A stretch of DNA of 64,000 bases from an uncultured Verrucomicrobiae bacterium (GCA_963707025.1 CAVPOM010000014.1:1-64000); one strand, 5' to 3'. Positions 50,269-62,891 are shown, counted from the first letter of the stretch. The notes: generated by a model not told the origin, from the letters alone. Numbers and translations: made by a program.

Positions 50269-53091
50269 ATGCCCCGTGAGAACTTCCACTCCGCCCGCCC
50301 CGGCCAAACCCGGCGGCAGTTCCTCAAAAAGACCGGGGCCGGCACGTTGGCAGTCGCCGGCGCAGGCATGTTCCAGCTTCCCTTTTCGACACAAGGTCAT
50401 CAAAGCGAACCGTCCATTGCTCTCGTCCTCGACCCCGCCGATTCCCTCACCCGGACCGCCCCGGTGCAATGGGCCGCCGGACAATTGCGCGATGCCCTCG
50501 CTGCCCGCGGTTTCCCCGTCCAGTCCTATTTGTCCTTGGACGCCGTTTCCTCCTGGCAAACCGCCATTCTCGTCGCCGGCCGGACCTTCCTCGCGGCCCG
50601 CCAGGTGCTCGACGCCGCGCGCATTTCCCTGGCCGACGCTCCCGAATGCCTGGCCCTGGCGCGCGGCAAAGCCCAAAACCACTCCGTCATTTTGGCCGCG
50701 GGCTCCGATGAGCGCGGCCTGGTCTATGCCCTGCTCGAATTGGCCGACCGCGTCAACTTTGCCGACAACCCGCGGCAAATGTTGCAAACCTCGCCGCCGG
50801 TCAGCGAGCGCCCCGCCAACCGCATTCGCGGCATCGCCCGCTCCTTCGTCAGCGATGTGGAGGACAAACCGTGGTTTCAGGACCGCGATTTCTGGCCGCC
50901 CTACCTCACCATGCTGGCGGCCCATCGCTTCAATCGTTTCAATCTCGCCCTGGGGATTGGTTACGATTTCACCACCGGCATCCGCGACTGCTATTTCCAT
51001 TTCGCCTATCCCTTTTTCCTGGCCGTGCCGGGCTACGACGTCCGCGCCATCCCCTCCCCGACGCCGAGCGCGACCGCAACCTGGAAATGCTCCGGTTCAT
51101 CAGCGACGAAACCGCGCGGCGCGGCCTCCACTTCCAATTGGGCCTTTGGACCCATGCTTACCAATGGACGCAAAGCCCCCACGCCAATTACCTCATCGAA
51201 GGACTCAGCCCCGGCCACCCACGCCCTCTATTGCCGCGACGCCCTGCGCGCGCTCCTCACCGCCTGCCCCGCCATCAGCGGCGTCACCTTCCGCATCCAC
51301 GGCGAAAGCGGCGTGCCGGAGGGCAAACTACGACCTTTGGAAAACCATTTTTGACGGCGCGGCGCAGTGCGGGCGCCGCGTGGAGATTGACATGCATGCC
51401 AAGGGCATGGACCAGGGGATGATTGACACGGCCCTGGGCACCGGCCTGCCCGTCAACATCTCGCCCAAATTCTGGGCCGAGCACATGGGCCTGCCCTACA
51501 TGCAGGGCGCCATCCGCCCGCAGGAAATGCCCCCGCCCAACGCCCCGCGCCACCGGCTCTTTCAGCTCAGTTCCGGCGCGCGCTCAGTTCCTCCGCTACG
51601 GCTACGGCGATTTGTTGACCGAAGACCGCCGCTTACGGCGTCCTGCACCGCATCTGGCCGGGCACGCAACGGCTGCTGCTCTGGGGCGATCCCCAGACCG
51701 CCGCCGCTTATGGCCGCGTGTCCGGCTTTTGCGGCAGCCGCGGTCGTCGAACTCTTCGAGCCGCTTTTCTTCAAAGGCCGCAAAGGCTCCGGCCTGCCCG
51801 GCGGACGCGACGCCTATGCCGACCTCACCCTGCGCGCCCCTGGCGGCGATTTTGAAAAATACCGTTACACCTGCCGCCTGTGGGGCCGCTGCCTTTACAA
51901 CCCGGACGGCGACCCCGAGGCCTGGCGCCGTTTGCTCCGCCATCAATTCGGCCACGGCGGGGAGAAAGTCGAACAATCTCTCGCCTCCGCCAGCCACATT
52001 CTGCCGCTGGTAACAACCGCCCATTGTCCCTCCGCCGCCAACAACAACTATTGGCCGGAGATTTATACCCACATGCCCCTGGTCAACGAAAACCGCCCCC
52101 ATCCTTACACGGACACGCCTTCCCCGCGCCGTCTCGGCACCGTCAGCCCGCTCGACCCGGAATTTTTCCTCGGCATAGACGAATTCGCCCAACAACTCCT
52201 CGCCTCGCTGGCCACGCCCAAGCCCGGCGAAAGCGGGTCCACCACCCGCCGTTCAGGAGAATACTCGCCCGCCTGGGTCGCGCAGCAACTCGATGAATTC
52301 GCCGCCAATGCCGCCGCCAATCTCCGCCAAGCCCAGTCAAAAGTCCCCGACTCGCGCGCCGCCGATTTCCGACGTCTTGCCGCGGACATAACACTTCAGG
52401 CCGGCCTGGCCGATTCTTCGCCGCAAAATTTCGTTCCGGCATGCTCCTGGCCCTCTACGTCTCCACCGGCCATCGCCCTGCTCTTAACGCAGCCATCAAA
52501 GCCAGCCGCGCCTCACGCGCCGTCTGGGCCGAACTGGCCCAACAGGCCAGGGAGGTTTACCGGTCCGACCTCACCTTCGGTTACGACAAAAATGTCCGCG
52601 GCCACTGGCTGGATCGTCTCCCCGCCCTGGACCAGGACATCACCGACATGGAAAAGCTCCTGGAAACTTACCCCTCGATGGTTTCGCCAGACCCAAAGAT
52701 AACGGAGAAAGCCATCCGCGAAATGTTGTCGCCACCGCCGCGCCCCGACGCCGCCCGTCTGGCAGGATTTCACACGCCGCCCAATTCCTTCACCCGCAGC
52801 CAACCCTTCGCCGTCATCGCCTCGCTTGCCAGCGTAAAGAAAGCGCCCAAACTCGGGCGCGTCCGCCTCCGCTACCGCCACGTCAACCAGGCCGAAACCT
52901 GGCAATTCATGGAAATGAGTGGCTCCGGCGCCAATTATCGCGCCGAAATTCCAGCCGCCTACGCCGATTCCCCGTACCCGCTCCAATACCATTTCGAGAT
53001 TTGCCCGCTCGCCGGCGCGCCTGAGCTTTATCCCGGCCTCCACCCCGGCTGGCAAGGCCAGCCCTACTTCGTCGTCCGCCAGACCGTCTAA
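50269..53091 (+). CDS. Large Tat-exported glycoside-hydrolase-like protein, split by several frameshifts
   Basis: TRRQFL signal and a GH20/GH67-like N-terminal layout; protein-like segments continue across frames to 53091. Confidence 0.6.
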
Positions 53092-53228
53092 CCACCGCAG
53101 ATGATATGAACACTCCGCCCAATGCACCACTACCAGCGGTTTCGCCGGCATCCAGAGCGAGGGGGCGACATGGAAATCCGTAAAATGACCCTCGAACCGC
53201 GCCCCGGCCCGCCCCGGGGGGAGCTGCC

Positions 53229-55133
53229 ATGAACCCAACAACATTTCCCATGAAAATCCTCAACATTGCAACTCCCGGATTCCTGTCATTTATAATTTAT
53301 AATTTATCATTCATAATTGCCCACGCCGCTCCGGTAAAAGCCGCCTTTGAAGGCGCCGCGACCGAATTCAAGTGGACGCTCCAGGAACTCAACCCCGATC
53401 TTCCCTCCGATTGGTCCGGCTACGAGTTCCTCACCCTGGAACTGCGCTCCTCCACCGCCCAGCGCTTCGAACTGCGCATCCTGGTCACCAACGGCCTGCG
53501 CCATGTTCGCTTGCAGCCTTTCCAGGGCGCCTGGATTCGCGCCGCCGTCCCGCTGGCCTATTTCCGCCGGCCCGACCGCCAGGGGTTCGATCTCGCCTCG
53601 CTCGGCAACAAATCCCGCGCCTCCTATTGGATCAACCTGCTGGGCTCCTATGGCCCACTCAACGCCGTCCAAGCCATCGGCCTGGCCATGCAAAACCCCA
53701 TCGGCTCGCCCGTCATCGAAATCCGCTCCGTCCGCCTGGACAAACAATCCCCCGGCGACGCCGTGCTCGAATCCAAGCCGCTGGTGGACCCATTCGGCCA
53801 ATGGATCGCGCAGGACTGGCCGGGCAAGGCCAAAAGCCTGGACGACCTCAAGTCCGCCTGGGGCGGGGAGGAAAAAGGGTTGCAGCCCGGCGATTTCAAT
53901 GCCGACCAATTTGGCGGTTTCAAAAGCACCCAGGCCAGGGCCACCGGCTTTTTCCGCGTCGAACAAATTGACGGCCACTGGTGGTTCGTGGACCCCGAAG
54001 GGCATTTGTTTTTCTCCACCGGGGCGGACGGCATGGGTCCCTGGATGGGCACCCGCACCGAGGGGCGCGCCGGCGTTTTCACCGCCCTGCCGCCGCCGGA
54101 TTTGCGCCCGCCCAGTTTTCGCGCCAACCAGTCCGGCATGATCTCCTTCTACACCTGGAACCTGCAGCGCCGGTTTGGCGCCGATTGGGCGCAACCGTGG
54201 GTGGACCTGACTTTGCGCCGCATGGACGCCTGGGGCCTTAACACCATCGCCAACTGGTCCGACCCGCGCCTGGCCGCCGCCAAACGCAAACCGTATGTGG
54301 CCACCCTGCGCGGTTGGGGCATCGAAACCGGCTACCTCGGCCTGCCGGACGTCTTCGCCCCCGATTTTGCGCAAAAGGTCAGCGCCGCCGCCACCGAACA
54401 ATGCGCGCCCCACAAGAACGATCCCTGGCTGCTCGGCTATTTCATCGCCAACGAACCGCCCTGGCCCGGGCGCGAAACCGAAATCGTCAGCGCCATCCTC
54501 GAAGCCCCCGCCAGCCCCATCCAGAGTGAAGTCAAGACGTTCCTCGCGGAGGGCGACACTCCGCCGCGCCGCCGCGAATTCGTCAATCGCGCCATCGAAA
54601 AATTTCTTGACACCGTCAACGCCGCCATCCGCCAGCAGGATCCAAATCATCTGAACCTGGGCATTCGCTTCGGCTCGACTCCAAGCGAAGCCATGCTGCG
54701 CGCCTCCCACGGCTTTGATGTTTTCAGCATGAACAGCTACGGCTACGAGGTGAACGCCCGGAACTTGGAAGCCGCTTATCGCGTCACCCAAAAGCCCGTC
54801 CTCATAGGCGAATTCCATTTCGGCACGCCGGGCCGCGGCCTGGCGGCCGGCCTGTTGCAGACCAGGGACCAGGAGGAGCGCGGCGTGGCCTACCGTTATT
54901 ACGTCGAAAATGCCGCGGCCATGCCCGCTCTCATCGGCGTGCATTGGTTCGAATGGGCCGACGAGCCGAACACCGGCCGCAATGACGGCGAGAATTACAA
55001 CATTGGCATGGTGGACGTGACGGACCGCCCCTACGCCGAATTAGTGGAGGCCATGAAAGCCACCCACCAACGCCTCCTGGCCGTTCATTCCGGCAAGGAG
55101 CCGCCCGTCACCCGGCGCGCGCTCGTAAAATGA
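53229..55133 (+). CDS. Agarase-like (GH50-like) glycoside hydrolase
   Basis: WWFVDPEGHLF, GLNTIANWS, GYFIANEP, IGEFHFG and DGENYNIG motifs. Confidence 0.8.
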   Translation: MNPTTFPMKILNIATPGFLSFIIYNLSFIIAHAAPVKAAFEGAATEFKWTLQELNPDLPSDWSGYEFLTLELRSSTAQRFELRILVTNGLRHVRLQPFQGAWIRAAVPLAYFRRPDRQGFDLASLGNKSRASYWINLLGSYGPLNAVQAIGLAMQNPIGSPVIEIRSVRLDKQSPGDAVLESKPLVDPFGQWIAQDWPGKAKSLDDLKSAWGGEEKGLQPGDFNADQFGGFKSTQARATGFFRVEQIDGHWWFVDPEGHLFFSTGADGMGPWMGTRTEGRAGVFTALPPPDLRPPSFRANQSGMISFYTWNLQRRFGADWAQPWVDLTLRRMDAWGLNTIANWSDPRLAAAKRKPYVATLRGWGIETGYLGLPDVFAPDFAQKVSAAATEQCAPHKNDPWLLGYFIANEPPWPGRETEIVSAILEAPASPIQSEVKTFLAEGDTPPRRREFVNRAIEKFLDTVNAAIRQQDPNHLNLGIRFGSTPSEAMLRASHGFDVFSMNSYGYEVNARNLEAAYRVTQKPVLIGEFHFGTPGRGLAAGLLQTRDQEERGVAYRYYVENAAAMPALIGVHWFEWADEPNTGRNDGENYNIGMVDVTDRPYAELVEAMKATHQRLLAVHSGKEPPVTRRALVK

Positions 55134-55238
55134 ACCTGGGCATGACATTTCTCTTAGTCCGATCAGTCGGATCGGTCCGATCGGTCGGATCAGTCCGATC
55201 CTTCATGCCGCCAGTCAACTAAAACCAGCACCCACCTC

Positions 55239-58200
55239 ATGAACACCCTCATGCTTTTGCCCGTTCCCGTAATGCGCGCCATCCTTCCATTTTGCCTTTT
55301 GCATTCTGCCTTTTGCATTTGCCGCGCCGATTCCTCCGTCACCGCCAGCGAGCAGGACCTCGTCATCCCCACCTACCTGGCCGGCGATCCGGAACCAAAT
55401 CCGGTGTTTTACTTCGGCCGCAACTCCCAGGGCGCGGAGGGCCGCGTCTATCCCTACCCCCTTTACGACTCGCTCACCCACGTCAAGACCAATAAAACCT
55501 ACCGCATCGTCTGGCTGGAAAACGAATACCTGCGCATCGGCATCCTGCCCGAAATCGGCGGGCGCCTCTTCGAGGCGGTGGACAAGAGCAACGGCTACAA
55601 CTTCATCTATCGCCAGCACGTCATCAAACCGGCCCTCATCGGCCTCATCGGCGCCTGGATGTCCGGCGGCATCGAGTGGAACATCCCCCATCACCATCGC
55701 GCCAGCACTTTCCTGCCCGTCCAGCACAGCATCGAGACCAACGCCGACGGCGGCCGCACCGTCTGGGTGGGCGAATTAGAACTGCGCCAGCGCATGCGCT
55801 GGGCCGTGGGCTACACCCTCCACCCCAGCAAATCCTACCTGGAATGTTCCGTGCGCATTCTAAACCGCACGCCTTTTCCAAACACCATGCTCTGCTTCGC
55901 CAACGTCGCCGTTAGCGTCAATAATAACTATCAGGTCATCTTCCCGCCCTCCACCCAGTACGTCACCTACCACGGCAAGCGCGAGTTCGCCTCCTGGCCC
56001 ATTGCCACGGGCTATTACAGCGGGGCCAACTTCGGCAGCGGCACCGATGTTAGTTGGTATTCCAACCATGTCTCCGCCAACTCCATGTTCGCCTGGAATT
56101 GCCAGGACGATTTCTTCGCCGGCTACGACCACGGCAAGCAGGCCGGCATCCTCAGCATCGCCGACCACCATTTTGTTCCCGGCAAAAAGTTTTGGACCTG
56201 GGGCAACGGCCCGCGCGGCCGCATGTGGGACAAAATCCTGACCGACGACGACGGCCCCTACATCGAACTGATGGCCGGGGCCTACTCCGACAACCAGCCC
56301 GATTACAGTTGGCTGCAACCTTACGAAACCAAGTCCTTCCAGATGTATTGGTATCCCTTCCGCGACATTGACGGCGTGAAAAACGCCAATCTCGACGCCG
56401 CTGTGAATATGGAAATAGACACCAACAACAACGTGGTCAAAGTCGGCTTCTGCACAACATCCGAGCACCATTCTGCGATGGCCACGATAAGATGCGGCCT
56501 CTACCCCAATTTGTCCCAGGAGAACATCTCGATCAGCCCCGGCAAACCCTATGTCAAACAAGTTGCTTTCCCGCCGCTCGCGAACATATACGACCTGCGT
56601 GCCTCCCTTTCCGTGGATGGCCATGAATTGATTTCCTATTCGCCCGTTCATTTGACACCAATGGAGATGCCCACTCCGGTCAGCCGGCCCGCCACCGCCC
56701 GCGGAAATCAAGACGGTGGAGGAACTTTATCTGGCCGGACAGCGCATCGAACAATTCCACGCGCCCGGCGCGTCGTCGCCGGAGCCGTATTGGGAGGAGG
56801 CCCTGCGCCGCGACCCCGGCGATGCCCGCGTCAACACCGCCCTCGGCATCCGCCAACTCAAGGAGGCCCGTTTCCTAGAGGCGGAGCAGCATTTCCGCAA
56901 AGCAATCGAACGCCTCTCAGCCAACTACACTTCGCCTAAAGACGGAGAACCGTTCTATTACCTCGGCGTCGCCTTAAAAGCGGAAGAACAATTGGATGCC
57001 GGCCCACACACCATCACTAATCAAGGCCCGCCAGAATATGTCTATATTCAGCGCAGCGATCCCATCAAAATCAAGGTCGCCGAAGACGCCTTTGCCAAGG
57101 CGACCTGGAGCGAGGCGTGGCGCGGCCCCGCCTATTTCTCCCTCGCCGAAATCGCCACCGCCCGCGGCGAATTAATCGCCGCGCTCGACAACTTAGACCG
57201 CTCCCTCGACGCCAACGCCTTGAACATCCGCGCTCTGACCCTCAAAGCCGCCGTTCTCCGTCATATCGGACGGACGCACGAAGCACTGGCCGTTCTAGAT
57301 CTCGCCGCGCAAAGGACCGATCCCCTTGATGTGCGCCTGATGACCGAACGCTGGCTGGCTGGCAATCTCCAAGCCGAGCATGATGTGATACAGACCCTTC
57401 GGGACCATCCTGCGACTGGTTTGGAAACCGCCGCCGAATTAGTGGACGCTGGATTGCGTGAGGATGCGCAGGCCATTCTGAAGCTGATGATTCGTTCGCC
57501 AGATGAGGGGAAACACGTATCACCATTGGCCTACTATTGGCTCATCCATTCACAATTCTCGCTCACTAACGCAATGGAGCTTCGCCAGTTTTCGCAGGCT
57601 TTGGCGGGCCAGTCGCCCGACTACGTGTTCCCTTTCCAATGGGAAAGCATTCCGGCTTTGCGCGCGGAAGTTGCGCAAGACGCGCACGCCTCCTATTACC
57701 TGGGCAATCTTTTATTTGACTGGCAGCCGGAGGAGGCGCTGAAATTGTGGGAGCAATCCGCCAAGCTCGCCCCCTCCTTCGCCATCGTCCATCGCAACAT
57801 CGCCACCGCCCTGATCCACCAGAAGCCGGCCGGCGACACCAACCGCGCCATCGCCGAACTGGAGCAGGCCGTCGCCTGCCCTGTCAAGTACGCGATGCAC
57901 TTCACCGAACTGGACGAGCTTTACGCCGCCACCGGCGCTTCCCCGGAAAAACGCCTCGCCTTGCTCGAACAAAACCACGCCACCGTCTTGAAACGCGACG
58001 ACGCCCTCTCGCGCGAAATCGGCCTGAAAGTTTTCGCCGGCAAATATGACGACGCCATTCAACTCATGACCGGCCGCACCTTCTCCGTCTGGGAAGGCGG
58101 CACGCTGGAGGTCGCCAGCCATTGGGTAACCGCCCATCTGGGGCGCGGACGCCAGGAGATTGCGGCGCGCCAATTCCCGGCCGCGCTGGCCGATTTTCAG

Positions 58201-58680
58201 GCCGCCAAAGACATCCCCGACAATCTCCCCAACGACGGCCGCGGCAGCGGCGGCCACGAGGCTGAACTCAATTATTGGATTGGCAACGCTTATGATGGGT
58301 TGGGCGACAAGGCCAAGGCCGCGCAGTCCTGGAAAGCCGTCCAGGCGGCGACCGCCTTCGGAGGAGTCGGTGGCGGACGCCGCGGACGCGGCGGTTCCTT
58401 GGACCGGGAGGCCGCCTCATATTATCAGGCCCTCGCCACAAAGGCTCTCGACCAGTCAGCCGACGCCTACGCCGACCGCGCCTTCCACACCTTGCTGGAC
58501 GCGGCCAACCGCGATCTTGCAGGCGCGTCAGCCCGGGAGGCCGCCTCGGCCCATTACGCCGCCGGCCTGGGCCACCTTGGCCTTGGCGAAAAGGAGCAGG
58601 CCCGCGCGGAATTCGAACTGGCCCTGCGCGCCGTTCCCGATTCTCTCGGGGCAAAAATGGAACTCATCCTGATGCGCTGA
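55239..58680 (+). CDS. DUF5107 domain plus TPR protein (frameshift near 56690)
   Basis: VYPYP...LENEYL...PEIGGR...GGIEWN...GKKFWTWG, followed by TPR helices in ORF 56716-58680. Confidence 0.85.
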
Positions 58681-58742
58681 TCAGTTGCAACAGGGATTGT
58701 AGCGGCGGACGATGTCCGCCGCCAGATTAGTCAAGTATAAAA

Positions 58743-58898
58743 TCAGTGCGACAGGCAGCCGATTTTCGCCACCGCCAGCACAAAACCCACCAGGCCCAAA
58801 GCCAGCAGCCAGAAGCTGCCCTTGACCGCCAGGACCACGCCGGCGATCAGCAGCAGGGCCATCACCAGCCAGACAAACATTAAAAATAACAGCTTCAT
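58743..58898 (-). CDS. Small two-TM membrane protein (51 aa; not in the ORF track)
   Basis: Hand translation: MKLLFLMFVWLVMALLLIAGVVLAVKGSFWLLALGLVGFVLAVAKIGCLSH. Confidence 0.65.
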   Translation of the reverse strand: MKLLFLMFVWLVMALLLIAGVVLAVKGSFWLLALGLVGFVLAVAKIGCLSH

Positions 58899-58931
58899 TC
58901 GCCGCGCAATCTAACCCGTCCCGGCGAATAA

Positions 58932-59159
58932 TCAAGTTCCCTTCTTCGCGGTGCCTTCTTTCTCGATCGCGACAATATGCAGACCGGAAACCGTCACGCT
59001 TCCTTCGTCATCGAACCAGATGAGGACCCGGTTGCCGAGCGGGTTGATTCCAGCGTGATCGGCCGTGGCCACACGGTAGCGACGGCCGCTGCTGGTAACC
59101 ACTTGAAACGGCTCGAACGGACTGGCATGCAAATACTGGCGCACTGCATCAATAATCAT
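58932..59159 (-). CDS. Small hypothetical protein (PFxPF family)
   Basis: YLHASPFEPFQVVTSSGRRYRVATADH; similar to 30157-30405. Confidence 0.7.
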   Translation of the reverse strand: MIIDAVRQYLHASPFEPFQVVTSSGRRYRVATADHAGINPLGNRVLIWFDDEGSVTVSGLHIVAIEKEGTAKKGT

Positions 59160-59229
59160 ATCCGAAATAACTTACCCGGCATGCCTCATGCAGGCAAGCG
59201 GGTTTGCGTTCTCACCCGGCCCGCCCCGG

Positions 59230-60685
59230 TCAAATCTCCCAGCCTTTGCGATAGGAGCGTTTGACCCACTGATTGAGTTCGGGGATGTTGGTGACCTTCA
59301 TGTTGGGCCCGTCCCATTCCACCTTTTTCCCTTCGCCAACGTGCTGGGCCAGATTGCCCAGAATGCCGAACTCCGTCACCCGCGCGCCGTATTCAAAAGG
59401 CACGGCCGTGTCGGTCCGGCCCGCGCGGCAGGCTTCGACAAAGTTGGAGAAGACGGCGGGCGCGTCGCCGCGAAAACGGGGCAAGGTTTCGGGTGGCTTG
59501 GGAGTTTCCATTTTTCCGGAAGGCACGATGTGCATGTTGCTGCCGTAGGTGTCCGTATAAATGACGCCTTTTTCTCCGACGTAAAGGGTGCCGCTGTCTC
59601 CATTGTCCAGCTTTTCCTCCGGATACTGCTGGCGCAATTCGAGCAGCAGCGGCGGGAGGTTGCGCGCGTCGCCGCTGACGGCATGAAGTTGGCCGGAGGG
59701 ACTGGCGGTGGTGGTGGCGTTGAGGCCCTCGTACCAATAGACCTTCAACGGCCCCATGCCTTCGCGCGCCGGTATGTCCCAGCGAATGCGGCTGCCCAGG
59801 GGATAGCGTTCATCGCTGCCGCCCCGGTTGAACTCCACTTCGATGCTGGCGGGGTGCCCGATCTTGAGGGCCCAGAAAACGCCGTCCAAAACGTGGCAGG
59901 CCATGTTGCCGATGGAGCCATTGCCGAAATCGTACCAGCCGTGCCACTCGTGCGGATGCAGGTCGGCGTGGTAGTCGCGGTAAGGCGCCGGGCCAATCCA
60001 ACTCTCCCAAAGCATGCCCGGCGGGCGCGGCCACGTAGGGCGGACGCGGCCCGACGCCGCCGTTGGCGCGGTCGGTCCAACTGTGCGTTTCGGTGACCTG
60101 GCCGATGGCGCCGCTCCAGATCAATTCGCAGAGGGAGCGATAGCCATCCATGCAATGCCCCTGGCTGCCCATTTGCGTGGCGACCGTGCTGTATTTGCGC
60201 GCCGCTTCGCGCAAGAGGCGGGCTTCGCCGATGTCATGGCAGACCGGTTTTTCGCAGTAAACATTTTTTCCGGCCTGCATGGCCATCATGGCGACTTTGG
60301 CGTGGTGATGATTGGGCGTGGCGACAAACACCGCGTCAATATTTTTCCCAATCTTGTCAAACATCACGCGGTAATCGGTGAACACCTGGAGTTTGTCCGG
60401 GTCGCCGTTGTGATTTTTCAGCCAGTTTTTGACGCTGGCGTGTTGTCTCGGATCCGGGTCAACGATGGCGTAAAGGTTCTGGCCGAGCTTGTCAATCACT
60501 GCGTCCAAGTGAGCCGCTCTGCGAATGCCGCAGCCGACCTGGACGCAGTTGAGCTTGTCCAGCGCGCCGGTGGCCGCGAGAAGATTCGGGCCGGAAAATA
60601 ATTTGGCGGTGGACAAGGCCCCGGTGGCCAGCGCGGCGCGCCTGAGGAAGGAACGGCGGTTCAAACCGGATTTGATGGAGCTCAT
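59230..60685 (-). CDS. Tat-exported Gfo/Idh/MocA oxidoreductase (frameshift near 60030)
   Basis: NRRSFL signal; ATPNHHH, VYCEKP and GSIGNMACH motifs. Confidence 0.88.
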
Positions 60686-60694
60686 GGCTTTTGC

Positions 60695-61417
60695 TTAATC
60701 CAAGGGTGTGACTTTGAGGTTGCGGAAGGCCACCGACCCATGGTCGCCTTGCAGATAGATCGGGCCGGTCGGATGTTCCTTGGCGTTGCGGCTCACGTTG
60801 GTGCCGTGGGCGATTTCCACATTGTCCTGCACGACCCGCCTGTTGAGCGTCACCTTGACAAATTTGGTGTTGGCCGTTTTGTTGCCGGCCGCGTCGAAGC
60901 GCGGCGCGCGGAAATCAATCACCAGCTTCTGCCATTCGCCGGGCTTCTTGCAGGCATTGAGCAAGGGCGCGGTCTCGCTGTAAACGGCGCCACAGTCAAT
61001 CTTGCTGAGCTTCTCTCTCTTGCCGTAATTGTCGAAGATCTGGATTTCGTAAATGTTCATCATCTTGACACCGGAATTGGAGTCGGTCTCGTTGTTGGGG
61101 CTGGATTGGCCCACCATGAACTCCACTTCCACACGGCAATCGCCGAAAACGGCCTCAGAGGAGAGATTGACCGTGCGGTTGGTGCTGATCAGGTCCTTGC
61201 CAGGGCCGGCGACTTTCACCCGGGCCGGGGCATCCGTATCCCAGGCGGCCCTGCCGTAGGACCATTTGTTGGCGCCGCTGCCGACCGTTTTCCAACCGGT
61301 CAGGTCTTTGCCGTTGATGAGGGAGATTGTCTTTGGGTTGCCCGTCTGACAGCCAATCGGGCCGGCGGCCACCAAGACGAGGCAGGCGGCGAAGACGGTT
61401 CGAGGATGGCATTTCAT
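60695..61417 (-). CDS. DUF1080 / 3-keto-disaccharide hydrolase family protein
   Basis: LINGKDLTGW, NSGV, YEIQI and LQGDHGSVAFRNL motifs. Confidence 0.9.
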   Translation of the reverse strand: MKCHPRTVFAACLVLVAAGPIGCQTGNPKTISLINGKDLTGWKTVGSGANKWSYGRAAWDTDAPARVKVAGPGKDLISTNRTVNLSSEAVFGDCRVEVEFMVGQSSPNNETDSNSGVKMMNIYEIQIFDNYGKREKLSKIDCGAVYSETAPLLNACKKPGEWQKLVIDFRAPRFDAAGNKTANTKFVKVTLNRRVVQDNVEIAHGTNVSRNAKEHPTGPIYLQGDHGSVAFRNLKVTPLD

Positions 61418-61660
61418 CGCAGGGACAATACGGGCGGAGGTTTGCGGCGTCAACGCCGAAACCTTTCCGGCAGTGTCCTGATATGCCGCGGGATTGAGCC
61501 TGCGGCGAAATCGGCGCACCGCGCCGGCACGCCACCATCAAATCAGAAATGTCGCACAGCGGTGGCGCGGCGGGTCCCGATATTCCGGGACCCGCCCTGC
61601 CCGCGTTGACCAGGGCCAAAAGAGATTGCGGCCCCGCGGCCAAGGGAGTAAGAGAAGGCC

Positions 61661-62531
61661 ATGCATGTTGAAACCAAGGCTTTTCGCGTTCCGCCGGACT
61701 CCAAAGTCAAACTCAAACAGTGGCCGACGCGGATAAAACCCCTTTACAAGTCCAAGCAAAATTATCAGGAAAAACTGGCGGAATGCGTCGCGGAAACGGC
61801 CAGGCTGCGAGCATCTGCTTTATGCCTCCGGCCGCTACGCGCTGCTGTTGGTCTTGCAGGCCATGGACGCCGCGGGCAAGGATGGCGCGATCCAGCACGT
61901 CATGTCCGGCATCAATCCCCAGGGCTGCGCGGTGTCCAGTTTCAAAAAGCCGGGCGCGGTGGAGCTGGCGCACGATTTTCTCTGGCGCAGCAATGTCTGC
62001 CTGCCCGAGCGCGGCAAGATCGGCATCTTCAACCGTTCTTATTATGAGGAGGTGCTGGTGGTGCGGGTGCATCCGGAAATCCTCCAGTCCCAGAACCTTC
62101 CCGGGGAACTGGTGGACAGAAAGAAGATCTGGGGCCAGCGCTATCGCTCCATTCGCCATCTGGAGGAGCATCTCCACCGCAACGGCACCCGCATCGTGAA
62201 ATTCTTCCTGCACCTTTCCAAGGGGGAGCAGCGCCGGCGGTTTCTGCTGCGGATAGACGATCCGGCCAGGAATTGGAAGTTCAGCCAGGCGGATCTTGCG
62301 GAACGGCAGTGCTGGAAGCAATACACCAAGGCGTACGAGGACTGCCTGGGGGCCACCAGCAGCAAGACGGCGCCGTGGTATGTGATTCCAGCCGATGACA
62401 AGGAAAATGCGCGGCTGATCATTTCGCAAATCCTGCTCCAGACCTTGCAGGGCCTGAAAATGGAGTACCCGGAAACCAGCCCGAGCCGGCGCCGGGAACT
62501 CCAGGCCATCCGCAAACAACTGGCCCGATAA
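61661..62531 (+). CDS. ppk2: Polyphosphate kinase 2 family (class III-like), frameshift near 61800
   Basis: [25 protein letters not shown] and [11 protein letters not shown] motifs. Confidence 0.9.
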
Positions 62532-62537
62532 AATTTT

Positions 62538-62891
62538 TTAATCCTGGCGGGCCTCGTCGCCGACTTGCACATCGCCCTCGACAATGTCCGCCGCCGCATT
62601 GTCGTCGGTCTGCCATTTGGCGTCCACTTTGACTTCGGCCACTTTCAGGCCGTTGCGATAGACATGGAGACGCTCCTCGGGCTTGGGCACGTGGCCCGGG
62701 GAAAAACTGAGGATGACAAACCGCCCGTCGAGGTTGACCCTGGCCACTTTGCCGACGGGCCGAAAATCAGGGGTGATGACGGGCTTGTTGGCGGCGGGTT
62801 TTGGCGGCTCGGACTTGGGGGCCGGGGATGGGCGGCTGGCGCAACCGGCGAGCAGCAGGGCGCAGCACAGGATTCCGATGAGCTTTGGCAT
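62538..62891 (-). CDS. Hypothetical lipoprotein
   Basis: Lipobox LLAGC, Pro-rich linker, beta domain. Confidence 0.7.
   Translation of the reverse strand: MPKLIGILCCALLLAGCASRPSPAPKSEPPKPAANKPVITPDFRPVGKVARVNLDGRFVILSFSPGHVPKPEERLHVYRNGLKVAEVKVDAKWQTDDNAAADIVEGDVQVGDEARQD

Noticed and set aside
55156..55200. 9-mer array GTCCGATCA/GTCGGATCG and hexamer arrays at about 15900 and 21745, as CRISPR-like
   Set aside because: These are simple short tandem repeats without spacers.
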